64,000 bases of DNA from positions 5,842-69,841 of the forward strand of contig CAXMMT010000050.1 of NCBI GenBank assembly GCA_964194555.1. Direction: 5' to 3'. The stretch's first letter is position 1, and every line of letters begins with the position of its first letter. The notes beneath the pieces were generated by a model that searched no databases, was not told the DNA's origin, and saw nothing but the letters and a program-made list of their open reading frames with translations. Below are positions 11,208 to 22,087 of the stretch, one piece after another. The position numbers were made by a program, and so were the translations under genes. The DNA comes from an uncultured Boseongicola sp. GTDB lineage: Bacteria; Actinomycetota; Acidimicrobiia; Spongiisociales; ZC4RG35.

Positions 11208-12683
<1,476 letters not shown>

Positions 12684-12691
12684 GCACTCTG

Positions 12692-13045
12692 ATGGCCAAC
12701 ACTTTCCAGGTCGATGTGGTGTCGCCGGAGGCAACCATCTGGAGTGGGCGGGCAACGATCCTGATCGCCCGCACTCCCGAGGGAGAGCTCGGGATCATGG
12801 CTGATCACGAGCCGCTGATGGGTGCCTTGGGCGCGGGACCTGTCGAGATCGAAGAAGAGTCAGGTCAACGGACCACCATTGGGGTTCAGGGCGGATTCAT
12901 CCAGGTTCTCAAGAATCAGGTGACACTCATCACCGACCGCGCTCAGGTGACCAAGAGTCACGGAGACGCAAAAGAGGTTTCCCAGCGACTCGCCGACGAG
13001 GCGGAGGCTGTTGAGGAAGCCGAAGTCGAGGACGAAGACGTCTGA
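12692..13045 (+). CDS. atpC: F0F1 ATP synthase subunit epsilon
   Basis: 117-aa epsilon-like beta-sandwich with a helical tail. It is the last gene of the operon. Confidence 0.9.
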   Translation: MANTFQVDVVSPEATIWSGRATILIARTPEGELGIMADHEPLMGALGAGPVEIEEESGQRTTIGVQGGFIQVLKNQVTLITDRAQVTKSHGDAKEVSQRLADEAEAVEEAEVEDEDV

Positions 13046-13196
13046 CAAGCCCAAACGTCTCCAGGAATGGTTCTTCCAGACACTCGCCTGGATCTACCGC
13101 GCCCATCTCGGTTTCCTGATGGGGAAACGCTTCTTGATGATCGAGCAGATACCGATGGTGGCCTTCCGGATCGAGAAATCAGCGACGCATCGCTAG
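13011..13196 (+). pseudogene. possible remnant of a Ddn-like (deazaflavin-dependent nitroreductase family) gene, N-terminal ~55 aa only
   Basis: ..WIYRAHLGFLMGKRFLMIEQIPMVAFRIEKSATHR* resembles the N-terminal W.YR....G....IPV.LLTT.GRK.G..R pattern of that family. It stops where the convergent SRPBCC gene ends. Weak call. Confidence 0.25.
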
Positions 13197-13627
13197 TCGA
13201 AGCCGGCAGCGAACGAGTCGACGGTCCGTGGCAGCCCACTCCCGAGTGTCTTGGCGATTACCGGGAAGAACATTGCTGACAGCATTCCGGCGCTCTCGAC
13301 ATCGAGCGTGACCCAGATACGGGTCCCTTGCCCTTCGTCGGACAAATCCACGCGTATCGCCCCGCGAATCTCTGAATTGGCGATGTTCAGAGTGATCATC
13401 TGCTCCTCTTCGCGGGCGTGAGGGGTCGCTTCGCCGAGATACTTTATGCCGGCGACGACGGTCTCGAAGGTGAAGCCCTGGAGTCTGCCGATGTCGTCGA
13501 TCACCGGATCGATCACGCGGTCAACACCTCCAATGCCCTCCCAGGTCTCCGGTTTGTCCAATGCTTCCCAAACCTCGGTTCGTGGCGCCCGAGTAACGGC
13601 ACTGTGGCTGAAGGTCTCTTTAGGCAC
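13193..13627 (-). CDS. SRPBCC-superfamily protein (CoxG / polyketide-cyclase-like)
   Basis: 144-aa protein with an SRPBCC-like N-terminus (..SHSAVTRAPRTEVWEALDKPETWEGI..). Confidence 0.65.
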   Translation of the reverse strand: MPKETFSHSAVTRAPRTEVWEALDKPETWEGIGGVDRVIDPVIDDIGRLQGFTFETVVAGIKYLGEATPHAREEEQMITLNIANSEIRGAIRVDLSDEGQGTRIWVTLDVESAGMLSAMFFPVIAKTLGSGLPRTVDSFAAGFD

Positions 13628-13700
13628 GGCGGCAACCTAGTGGTCTGTCCCCGGTTGGCGTCGGTGGGCCGTAACCTGTCCTGCGACCCCCCTTTCAACC

Positions 13701-15299
13701 ATGCTGATCGCACGCGACCTTCGTCTTGATGTTGGCACCCGGACACTCGTCCAGGGTGCTGCTTTCAGCGTGCAGTCAGGCGACAGAATCGGGTTGGTGG
13801 GCCGAAACGGCACGGGGAAGACAACTCTGATGAGGTCCCTCATTGGGGCAATCGAGCCCACGGAAGGAACCGTCCTCCGGTCCGGCCAAGTCGGCTACCT
13901 CTCCCAAGAGGCGGCACTCCCCGAGCTGGATCACCCGGACGCCACCGCCCTGGAGCGAATATTGATGGCCCGCGAGATTGGCGCAGCGCAACGCCGGATC
14001 GAGGAGGCGAGGGCCCGCCTGGATGAGCTCGACGGCGAAGAACGGGAAAGGGGTATCGCCCGGTTCTTCAGACTTCACGATGAGTTCGAGGCAAAAGGCG
14101 GGTTCGTAGCTGAGGCCGAAGCCAAGAGGATCGCCTCGAAGATCGGCATCGGGAACGACGAGCTCCACCAACCCGTGGCAACGATGTCAGGCGGACAGCG
14201 TCGAAGGGTCGAACTGGCGAGGATCCTCTTTTCCGAGACCGACGTCCTGCTCCTCGACGAGCCGACCAACCACCTCGATCTCGATGCCAAGGCCTGGCTC
14301 ATCGAGTACTTGATGTCGTACAAGGGCGGAATGCTGGTTGTTTCGCACGATCTGCCACTTCTGGATGAGGCCATAACCGAGGTGCTCGTATTGGAGCACG
14401 GCGAGATCGAACACTACCGCGGCAACTACTCGCACTATCTGGTGGAACGAGTTGCCCGGCGGGAGCGTAAGCAGAGAGAGCGAAAGCATCAGGATGAGCA
14501 CATCGCTCGTCTCGAGGAGAACATTCGCCGTTTCAAGGGATCCACCGAGAAGATGGCCAAGGTTGCCCGGGCCATGGAGACCCGGGTGGACCGGATGAAA
14601 CGCGAGCTGGTAGAAGTGCAGACGAGCGGCAAGAAGGTCAAGGTCGCCTTTCCCCAACCGGACCCGTCAGGGAGGGTTCCCCTGGTTGCGACCGGGTTGG
14701 CAAAGGCCTTCGGCGACAACCTGGTATTCGTCGACATCGAGTTCGCTGTTGAGCGGGGCGAGCGGATGCTCCTCATCGGTCTCAACGGTGCTGGAAAAAC
14801 CACCTTGCTTCGCATCCTGGCAGGAGTGGAGACCTCGGACCTGGGTGAGGTCTCCCTAGGGCACAAAGCGACACTTGGTTACTACGCACAAGAGCACGAG
14901 CAGATCCTCGAGGGCGTGACCGTGTTCGATCACATGAGAGAAGCCGCCCGGTTGCCGGACCAGATGCTCAGAACCTTGCTCGGGACCTTCCTCTTGGCCG
15001 ACAAAGTGGATCAGAACGCGTCAACCCTGTCCGGCGGGGAGAAAACCAAGCTTGCCCTGGCGATGCTGGTCGCCTCCCGACCGAATGTGCTCTTGCTCGA
15101 CGAGCCCACAAACAACCTCGACCCACAGGCCAAAGAAGCGCTGCTCGACGCCCTGACGCTATATGAGGGGACTGTCGTTCTCGTCAGCCACGACACCGAT
15201 TTCGTCGCTCAACTGGTGCCGGACCGGGCGGTCCTGATGCCGGACGGTGAGATGCGCTTCTTCGACGAGGACCTGCTCGATCTGGTAGCCCTCGCCTAG
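13701..15299 (+). CDS. ABC-F family ATPase (two fused ABC domains, no TM domain)
   Basis: Two Walker A motifs (GRNGTGKTT, GLNGAGKTT), two ABC signatures (MSGGQRRR, LSGGEKTK), and a charged inter-domain linker. Confidence 0.9.
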   Translation: MLIARDLRLDVGTRTLVQGAAFSVQSGDRIGLVGRNGTGKTTLMRSLIGAIEPTEGTVLRSGQVGYLSQEAALPELDHPDATALERILMAREIGAAQRRIEEARARLDELDGEERERGIARFFRLHDEFEAKGGFVAEAEAKRIASKIGIGNDELHQPVATMSGGQRRRVELARILFSETDVLLLDEPTNHLDLDAKAWLIEYLMSYKGGMLVVSHDLPLLDEAITEVLVLEHGEIEHYRGNYSHYLVERVARRERKQRERKHQDEHIARLEENIRRFKGSTEKMAKVARAMETRVDRMKRELVEVQTSGKKVKVAFPQPDPSGRVPLVATGLAKAFGDNLVFVDIEFAVERGERMLLIGLNGAGKTTLLRILAGVETSDLGEVSLGHKATLGYYAQEHEQILEGVTVFDHMREAARLPDQMLRTLLGTFLLADKVDQNASTLSGGEKTKLALAMLVASRPNVLLLDEPTNNLDPQAKEALLDALTLYEGTVVLVSHDTDFVAQLVPDRAVLMPDGEMRFFDEDLLDLVALA

Positions 15300-16352
15300 T
15301 CAGAGACCGTGGTGCGCTGTCGTGTCATGGGCATCAGCGAGACCGTGGGGGTCAATGTGGATCACCGCGAGCACCGGGAAGGAATATCGGTGGTGCAGAG
15401 CGTGCTCGACGTCGAGAGCTATTGCGTGGCCGTCTCTGACCGTCAAATCGGGGTCGACGCAGACCGAAGCCGTCACCCTCAGCCTGTGTCCCTGCCATCG
15501 AACCCGAAGATCGGCAAGGTCTCGGACACCCTCGACCTCTCGAATGGTGGAGTCCACCTGGCCGACGATCTCGGGCTCGATTCCGTCGAGCATCCGGCGA
15601 GACATGCGGCGAGCCGAGCGAGCAAGAAGCCAGAGAATCCCTGCGCCGACAACAAGCCCCGCCACTGGATCTATCCATGCCGCGCCGAAAGATGCTCCGA
15701 TTGCTGCCACCACGACTGCCAAAGAGGTCAAAGCGTCCGTGCGGGCGTGTTGACCATCGGTGACGAGAGCCTCGGATCCGATCGCCCGTCCGACCCTGAT
15801 CCGATACCGAGCCACAAACTCGTTACCAAGCGCCCCGACAACGCCGGCGACTATCACCCAGGGGATGTGGTCGATGAGTCGAGGCTCGAACAGTCGGATC
15901 AGCGACTCCCGGATCACCAAGATCGCCGAGAGACCTATCGCCGCGACGATCAGCAGACCGGCGGCGTCTTCCAGCCGGTGAAATCCATAGGTGTAGCGCT
16001 TGGTTGGTCGCCGACGACCAACCGAGAATGCGATCCACAATGGAATAGCTGTCAAGGCGTCGGTGACGTTGTGCAGCGTGTCGGAGAAGAGCGCAACCGA
16101 TCCACTGAACACGACGATCACCGCTTGAAATACAGCCGTGGCTCCCAACACGAGAAGCGAGACCTTGGTAGCGCGGATACCTTCGGCGCCAGAGTCCAGG
16201 ACAAGTTGATGATCGGCTACATGATCGTGGCTCAGCAGATGCCCGAGCCCATGCTGGAGTCGGTTCTTGCGTGATTTGTCGTCAGCGGACGCCGGCTTGT
16301 CGTCGCCGTCACGGAGTGGAGTCACAGGGGTGGATGTTAGGACGGGTGGCAA
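15300..16352 (-). CDS. cation diffusion facilitator (CDF) family metal efflux transporter
   Basis: Six TM helices plus a cytoplasmic C-terminal domain. CDF motifs are present (..[14 protein letters not shown].., ..HARTDALTS..) with a His-rich N-terminus. The exact start is uncertain. Confidence 0.8.
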   Translation of the reverse strand: MPPVLTSTPVTPLRDGDDKPASADDKSRKNRLQHGLGHLLSHDHVADHQLVLDSGAEGIRATKVSLLVLGATAVFQAVIVVFSGSVALFSDTLHNVTDALTAIPLWIAFSVGRRRPTKRYTYGFHRLEDAAGLLIVAAIGLSAILVIRESLIRLFEPRLIDHIPWVIVAGVVGALGNEFVARYRIRVGRAIGSEALVTDGQHARTDALTSLAVVVAAIGASFGAAWIDPVAGLVVGAGILWLLARSARRMSRRMLDGIEPEIVGQVDSTIREVEGVRDLADLRVRWQGHRLRVTASVCVDPDLTVRDGHAIALDVEHALHHRYSFPVLAVIHIDPHGLADAHDTTAHHGL

Positions 16353-16365
16353 CGAGGGACTTCGT

Positions 16366-16385
16366 GCAAACGAACGTTCGTTTGC
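16366..16385. promoter_or_regulatory. 20-bp perfect palindrome, candidate operator of the paa operon (PaaR/TetR-type)
   Basis: GCAAACGAACGTTCGTTTGC is perfectly self-complementary and lies 14 nt upstream of the paaA ATG, in the 46-nt divergent region shared with the CDF gene. A TetR gene closes the operon. Confidence 0.55.
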
Positions 16386-16398
16386 CTACTATGGGGTG

Positions 16399-17328
16399 AT
16401 GTCACCCGAAGAGCGGTTTCAGGAGATTATCGACGCCGAGGACAAGATCGAGCCCCCGGATTGGATGCCAGACGCCTACCGAAACACCCTCATCCGCCAG
16501 ATCGCACAGCATGCCCACTCGGAGGTGATTGGCATGCAACCAGAGAGCAACTGGATCACCCGGGCCCCGACACTCCATCGCAAAGCGATTCTCATCGCCA
16601 AGGTCCAGGACGAGGCCGGTCACGGGCTCTACCTCTACGCCGCAGCCGAGACCCTCGGAGTCAGACGTGACGAGATGCAGGAGCTCCTTCATCGGGGCAA
16701 GCACAAGTACTCGTCGATCTTCAATTACCCGACACTCAGCTGGGCTGACATGGGGACGATCGGTTGGCTGGTCGACGGCGCCGCCATCACCAACCAGGTG
16801 ATGCTCACCCGCGGTTCCTATGGTCCCTACGCGAGAGCCATGGTGCGGATATGCAAGGAGGAGTCCTTCCATCAGCGTCAGGGATATGAGCTCTTGATCA
16901 GACTCTGTCAGGGCTCATCCAGCCAGAAAGCGATGGCCCAGGACTCCGTCAACCGCTGGTGGTGGCCGGCGCTGATGATGTTCGGGCCCCACGACAGCGA
17001 CTCGACCCACACCGAGCAGTCGATGAAGTGGAAGATCAAGAGGGTTTCCAACGATGACCTTCGTCAGCAGTTCGTCGACATGACGGTTCCCCAGGCCGAC
17101 TATCTCGGTCTGGAGATACCGGACCCCGACCTCAGCTGGAACGAGGAACGGGGTCACCACGACTTCGGTGAGATCGATTGGGAGGAGTTCTGGCGTGTCG
17201 TCAAGGGGAACGGCCCGATGAATCGTGAGCGTGTTGCCCACAAGGTCAAGGCGTGGGATGACGGAGCGTGGGTACGCGAAGCGGCGATGGCATACGCGGA
17301 CAAGAAACTGTCCAGCTCGGCGGCTTAG
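16399..17328 (+). CDS. paaA: 1,2-phenylacetyl-CoA epoxidase subunit A
   Basis: Di-iron oxygenase subunit similarity (..[10 protein letters not shown].., ..EESFHQRQG..), followed by paaBCDE. ATG 16399 is preferred over the longer ORF that overlaps the CDF gene. Confidence 0.9.
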   Translation: MSPEERFQEIIDAEDKIEPPDWMPDAYRNTLIRQIAQHAHSEVIGMQPESNWITRAPTLHRKAILIAKVQDEAGHGLYLYAAAETLGVRRDEMQELLHRGKHKYSSIFNYPTLSWADMGTIGWLVDGAAITNQVMLTRGSYGPYARAMVRICKEESFHQRQGYELLIRLCQGSSSQKAMAQDSVNRWWWPALMMFGPHDSDSTHTEQSMKWKIKRVSNDDLRQQFVDMTVPQADYLGLEIPDPDLSWNEERGHHDFGEIDWEEFWRVVKGNGPMNRERVAHKVKAWDDGAWVREAAMAYADKKLSSSAA

Positions 17329-17340
17329 GAGGATCGACTG

Positions 17341-17685
17341 ATGAGTTACGACGTTCCCGTTGCCCCGGGGGAGAAGGCGGAGATAGAAGAGACCACAGAG
17401 CTGAGTGGGGAGAGCTGGCCAATGTGGGAGGTGTTTGTAAGGGCGCGTCGCGGCATATCCCACGTCCACATCGGCAGTCTCCATGCGGCCGATGCCGAGA
17501 CGGCGCTGGAAAGTGCCCGTGATGTGTACACCCGACGCGGCGAGGGTGTGAGCGTGTGGGTCGTCCCCAGCACCGAGGTCCATGCCTTCGAGCCGGAAGC
17601 AGCGGCCGACTATGTCGAGGCCAACGAAAAGGTCTACCGCCTGGCCACGACCTATGAGATTCCTGAAGAAGTTGGACAGATGTGA
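17341..17685 (+). CDS. paaB: 1,2-phenylacetyl-CoA epoxidase subunit B
   Basis: PaaB-like protein (WPMWEVFVRARRGISHVHIGSLHA). Operon order supports the call. Confidence 0.9.
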   Translation: MSYDVPVAPGEKAEIEETTELSGESWPMWEVFVRARRGISHVHIGSLHAADAETALESARDVYTRRGEGVSVWVVPSTEVHAFEPEAAADYVEANEKVYRLATTYEIPEEVGQM

Positions 17686-18392
17686 CTATCACAGCGGTCA
17701 CTTCGCTTCTGGCTCACGCCGACGACAACATGGTGCTCGCTCAGCGACTTGGCGAGCTGATCTCCAACGCGCCGGAGTTGGAGATAGATATCGCGCTGGG
17801 TAACACGGCCCTCGACCACCTCGGTGTGGCAAGGGCGCTGTACACCCACGTCGGCAACACCGAGGGGATGGGAAGATCCGAGGACGAGCTCGCAATGTTC
17901 AGAACCGAGCGGGAATACACCAACCTTCTGCTTGTGGAGCAGCCAAACGGCGACTTCGCCCAAACCATGGTGCGTCAGCTCTTCTTCGACGCTTATCAGA
18001 TGGAACTCTGGAGAGACCTTTCGACTTCCAGCGACACGACTCTGGCCGGCATCGCCGCCAGGGCGCTCAAGGAGGCCACCTACCACATGCGATTCTCGTC
18101 AGGATGGGTCACCCGTCTTGGCGACGGTACCGAGGAGTCCCACCGTCGCGCCCAGGATGGAGTCGACGCCCTTTGGCAATACACATCGGAGATGTTTGAG
18201 GATGAGGCGGAGCAGTATCGCCCGGCCTGGACCACCACGATCGAGTCCGTCCTGATCGAGGCCTGCCTCGAGCCTGGGGCCGACCCCTATCAAAGAACGG
18301 GTGGCCGGAGTGGTTTTCACACCGAGCACCTCGGCTTTCTGCTCGCCGAGATGCAGTGGATGCAGCGGAGCTACCCGGATCTGAAATGGTGA
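17682..18392 (+). CDS. paaC: 1,2-phenylacetyl-CoA epoxidase subunit C
   Basis: PaaC-like ferritin-fold subunit. Its start overlaps the paaB stop. Confidence 0.85.
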   Translation: MTITAVTSLLAHADDNMVLAQRLGELISNAPELEIDIALGNTALDHLGVARALYTHVGNTEGMGRSEDELAMFRTEREYTNLLLVEQPNGDFAQTMVRQLFFDAYQMELWRDLSTSSDTTLAGIAARALKEATYHMRFSSGWVTRLGDGTEESHRRAQDGVDALWQYTSEMFEDEAEQYRPAWTTTIESVLIEACLEPGADPYQRTGGRSGFHTEHLGFLLAEMQWMQRSYPDLKW

Positions 18393-18853
18393 CGGCAACC
18401 ACGATCGGCATCGTCACCGCCCGGAAGGTGGCCGCGTCGGTGGTTGATCCTGAGATTCCGGTTCTGACGATTGACGATCTGGGGATTCTCAGGTCGGTCG
18501 TGGTAGACGAGGGTCGTGTGATCGTGACCATCACCCCGACCTACTCGGGTTGCCCGGCGATGGGCCAGATGGAGGACGACATCGTCACTGCATTCGAAAG
18601 GATCGGAGTTGAGGGTGTCGAGGTCGTAACCGTTCACTTTCCGGCATGGTCCACCGACTGGATCAGTGAGGATGGTCAGCGCAAGCTGAGGCAATTCGGT
18701 ATCGCACCGGCGGTCTCCGAACAAGACCTGACGTGCCCGCGGTGTGACGCCTCCAAGCCGACAATGATCGCCCGTTTCGGTTCTACTGCATGTAAGGCCC
18801 TGATGGTGTGTTCGTCCTGTGGTGAGCCCTTCGATTACTTCAAACCGTTCTGA
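18386..18853 (+). CDS. paaD: phenylacetate-CoA oxygenase subunit PaaD (PaaJ)
   Basis: DUF59-like N-terminus and a C-terminal Cys cluster (CPRC...CSSCGEPF). ATG 18386 overlaps the paaC stop. Confidence 0.85.
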   Translation: MVTATTIGIVTARKVAASVVDPEIPVLTIDDLGILRSVVVDEGRVIVTITPTYSGCPAMGQMEDDIVTAFERIGVEGVEVVTVHFPAWSTDWISEDGQRKLRQFGIAPAVSEQDLTCPRCDASKPTMIARFGSTACKALMVCSSCGEPFDYFKPF

Positions 18854-19926
18854 TGGGTGATCTCGAGTTTCATCGGTTGCGTGTCACCGAGGTGAGCCCC
18901 CTCACCGACGACTCCGTGACAGTCAGCCTCGATGTTCCCGACGAGTTATCCGAGACGTTCGCCTACCTGCCTGGACAGCACGTAACCGTGCGGGCCTTCA
19001 TCGATGGCGAGGATGTTCGCAGGTCGTATTCGATCTGTGCAAACGCCAACTCGGGAAAGTTGCGTGTTGGTGTCAAGCGGCTTTCCGGAGGAGCGTTCAG
19101 CACCTACGCGACTTCTGATCTCGAGGCCGGCAACATGCTCGACGTTATGGCTCCCGTGGGTGAGTTCACCATCGAGATCGATCCGGCCAGCCCTCGTCGG
19201 GCTGTGGCCATTGCGTCTGGCTCCGGCATCACACCTGTGATGTCGCTGATCGCGACCTCCCTGGAGAGTGAGCCACTGTCAAGCTGGACGCTGCTGTTTG
19301 GCAACCGGACAGCAAACAGCATCATGTTCCTCGAGGAATTGGAGGGGCTGAAGGACCGCTACAAGAGTCGATTCCAACTCTTCCACCTGCTCAGCAGGGA
19401 GGGTTCCGACGTGCCCCTTCTCTCCGGTCGGATTGACGAGGAGAAGATGCTGACGATTCATGATCGGCTGTTGGGTGGCGCCCCGGTAGATGGCTGGTAC
19501 CTGTGTGGTCCTTACGAGATGGTGATGATGGCGAAGGAGGCCCTCCAACACCTTGGCGTCTCCCAAGATCGCATTCATGAAGAGCTGTTCTTCGCCGGTC
19601 CTGTCGACCCCACGAAGTTGCCCCCAGAGCCACCACCCGGACAGGGGGCCATCGAACTGACGGTGATCCTCGACGGGCGGGCCGTGGACACCCGAATGTC
19701 TTCCGAGACATCAATACTCGATGCGGCGCTTCGGGTACGCCCCGAGCTGCCCTTCTCCTGCAAGGGCGGGATGTGCGCAACATGCAAGGGGAGGATCGAG
19801 GATGGCAAAGTGACGATGACCAAGAACTACGCCTTGATCGATGAAGAGGTGGAGGCCGGATATGTGCTCACCTGTCAGTCGCACCCGGTGTCTGACCGGG
19901 TTGTGGTTCGTTACGACCACCGCTAG
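18853..19926 (+). CDS. paaE: phenylacetate-CoA oxygenase reductase subunit (FAD/NAD-binding plus 2Fe-2S ferredoxin domain)
   Basis: FNR-like RSYS motif and a C-terminal plant-type ferredoxin cluster (CKGGMCATCKG...C). Confidence 0.9.
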   Translation: MGDLEFHRLRVTEVSPLTDDSVTVSLDVPDELSETFAYLPGQHVTVRAFIDGEDVRRSYSICANANSGKLRVGVKRLSGGAFSTYATSDLEAGNMLDVMAPVGEFTIEIDPASPRRAVAIASGSGITPVMSLIATSLESEPLSSWTLLFGNRTANSIMFLEELEGLKDRYKSRFQLFHLLSREGSDVPLLSGRIDEEKMLTIHDRLLGGAPVDGWYLCGPYEMVMMAKEALQHLGVSQDRIHEELFFAGPVDPTKLPPEPPPGQGAIELTVILDGRAVDTRMSSETSILDAALRVRPELPFSCKGGMCATCKGRIEDGKVTMTKNYALIDEEVEAGYVLTCQSHPVSDRVVVRYDHR

Positions 19927-20517
19927 GTGTTTGGGCTCCCAGTGATCTCGGTCCGCAATACCCGGTCGGACGTGATTCACGCGGCAGGTCGTCTGTTCGC
20001 CGAGCGCGGTTATCACGGCACCTCGATGCGGGACCTCGGCAAGGAACTCGGGTTGCTCGGCTCCTCGCTCTACTCCCATGTCGAATCCAAGCAGGATCTT
20101 CTGGTCGAGGTGGTCGAAGAGGGGGCACGGCTCTTCGAAGCGGCGGCTGAGCAAGCCAGAGCGACACCGGGGACCGCTCGCGATCGGCTGGCCGCTCTTG
20201 TGGCCGGGCATGTCAAGGTGGTTCTCGACAATGTCAATGTCGCCCGAACATTCCTCAACGAGGCTCGCATGCTCGATACCGAGCATCGTGAGCGAATAGT
20301 CGAGGCCAGGGATCATTACGAAGGGGTGTTCCGGTTGGTTTTGGCCGATGGGGCGGGTGATGGGTCGTTTCGTTCCGACATCGATCCCAAGACGAGCTCG
20401 ATCTACATACTCTCGGTGCTCAACGCACTGGAGCGCTGGTATGACCCGGCTGGGCCACTGGGCCGGGAGGAACTGATTGCCGACCTGACCACCTTCCTCA
20501 TTGCCGGGATTGGGTGA
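19927..20517 (+). CDS. TetR/AcrR family transcriptional regulator, probable paa regulator
   Basis: N-terminal TetR HTH (..AAGRLFAERGYHGTSMRDLGKELGLLGSSLYSHVESKQDLL..). It directly follows paaE. Confidence 0.8.
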   Translation: MFGLPVISVRNTRSDVIHAAGRLFAERGYHGTSMRDLGKELGLLGSSLYSHVESKQDLLVEVVEEGARLFEAAAEQARATPGTARDRLAALVAGHVKVVLDNVNVARTFLNEARMLDTEHRERIVEARDHYEGVFRLVLADGAGDGSFRSDIDPKTSSIYILSVLNALERWYDPAGPLGREELIADLTTFLIAGIG

Positions 20518-20584
20518 CGTCCACCCCCTTTCTATCCGGTGTTAGTGGACTGGTAGGGTTCAGCCACATTCGAACAGGAGACTC

Positions 20585-20851
20585 ATGGTTGGAAGACCCG
20601 GAATGAGAAGAACCGCTCGTCGCACATCACGGCGCACATCACGCCGGGTGAGTCGGCGACAATCGGGAACGCAGGAAGCTGCCGCACCGCCACCCGAGCA
20701 GGCACCGCCGCCCCCTCCTCCCGAGCCGGTCGCTCCCCTTCCCCAGGAGGAGGACAAGTACGCCAAGCTCAAGGAGGCCAAGGAGCTTCTCGACGCAGGC
20801 GTCCTCACCGAGGAAGAGTTCGCCGCCGAGAAGGCCAAGATCCTCGGCTGA
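20585..20851 (+). CDS. small SHOCT-domain protein with Arg-rich and Pro-rich N-terminal regions
   Basis: The C-terminal ..LKEAKELLDAGVLTEEEFAAEKAKILG matches the SHOCT pattern. The N-terminus contains the repeat RRTSRRTSRRVSRR. Confidence 0.55.
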   Translation: MVGRPGMRRTARRTSRRTSRRVSRRQSGTQEAAAPPPEQAPPPPPPEPVAPLPQEEDKYAKLKEAKELLDAGVLTEEEFAAEKAKILG

Positions 20852-20896
20852 CGACCGAGAGCCCGTCGCGCCCACCGCAGCGATCGAGGGTGAAGC

Positions 20897-22087
20897 ATGA
20901 AAATAGTCCTCGCCTATTCCGGTGGTCTCGACACATCGGTGATCCTCGCCTGGCTCAGGGAGGAATACGACGCAGAGGTGATCGCTTACACCGCCGATGT
21001 CGGTCAGGGCGCTGAGGTCGCCGAGGCTGCGAAGAAAGCCCTCGCCACCGGGGCCGTCGCCGGAGTTGTCGACGACCTCAAGGAGTCATTTGTCAACGAT
21101 GCCGTTTTCCCAGCGATCCGGGCAGCCGCGGTGTACGAGAACGAGTACCTTCTCGGCACCTCCCTGGCGCGTCCGATCATCAGCCAGGGACTCGTCGCAA
21201 CGGCCCGCGAATACGGGGCCGACGCCATCAGCCACGGAGCCACAGGCAAGGGGAACGATCAGGTTCGGTTTGAGCTTTCGACTGCGGCTCTTGCTCCTGA
21301 CCTGAAAACGATCGCCCCCTGGCGCGAATGGGATCTCGCCGGGCGAGGCGATCTGATGGCATACGCCGAGGCCAGGGGTATCTCGGTTCCGGTGACGAGG
21401 GAAGCGCCATACTCAATGGACGCCAATCTCTTTCATATCTCCTATGAGGGTGGTGTCCTCGAGGATCCGTGGGCCGACCCGCCGGCCGATATGTTCCGGA
21501 TGACGGTTGATCCCGTGGACGCTCCCGATGACCCTCGAGAGCTGACCATCGGATTCGAGTCCGGCACCCCGGTATCGATAGACGGGAAGAGTATGGGGCC
21601 GGTCGAGCTTCTCGCCGGTCTCAACGAGATCGGCGGCCGTCACGGCATCGGCCGTGTCGACATTGTCGAGAACCGGTTCGTGGGCATCAAGAGCCGTGGT
21701 GTTTACGAGACGCCCGGAGGAACGATTCTTCATATTGGCCGCCGGGCAGTGGAGTCGATCGCACTCGACCGTGAGGTGCTTCACCTGCGTGACGATCTGA
21801 TCACCCGTTATGCCAGGATCGTCTACAACGGGTTCTGGTTCTCGCCGGAGCGGATAGCTCTTCAGGAGACGATGGACTCGATTCAGGAGCCGGTGACAGG
21901 TGAAGCGCGTCTGGTCCTCTACAAAGGATCGGCTCGGGTCGTGGGGCGTAGGTCGCCGAACAGTCTGTACGACTCCGAAGAGGCCACCTTCGAAGCCGAT
22001 GATGTCTATCGCCAGGCAGATGCCGAAGGGTTCATCAGTCTCAATGCCCTGAGGATTCGTGGTTACGGGACGGGATCGAAGTCGTGA
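20897..22087 (+). CDS. argG: argininosuccinate synthase
   Basis: N-terminal ATP motif AYSGGLDTS and full-length similarity. Confidence 0.95.
   Translation: MKIVLAYSGGLDTSVILAWLREEYDAEVIAYTADVGQGAEVAEAAKKALATGAVAGVVDDLKESFVNDAVFPAIRAAAVYENEYLLGTSLARPIISQGLVATAREYGADAISHGATGKGNDQVRFELSTAALAPDLKTIAPWREWDLAGRGDLMAYAEARGISVPVTREAPYSMDANLFHISYEGGVLEDPWADPPADMFRMTVDPVDAPDDPRELTIGFESGTPVSIDGKSMGPVELLAGLNEIGGRHGIGRVDIVENRFVGIKSRGVYETPGGTILHIGRRAVESIALDREVLHLRDDLITRYARIVYNGFWFSPERIALQETMDSIQEPVTGEARLVLYKGSARVVGRRSPNSLYDSEEATFEADDVYRQADAEGFISLNALRIRGYGTGSKS

Noticed and set aside
15309-16274. 321-aa ORF antisense to the CDF transporter
   Set aside because: It is a shadow ORF. The minus strand gives six clean TM helices and CDF motifs.
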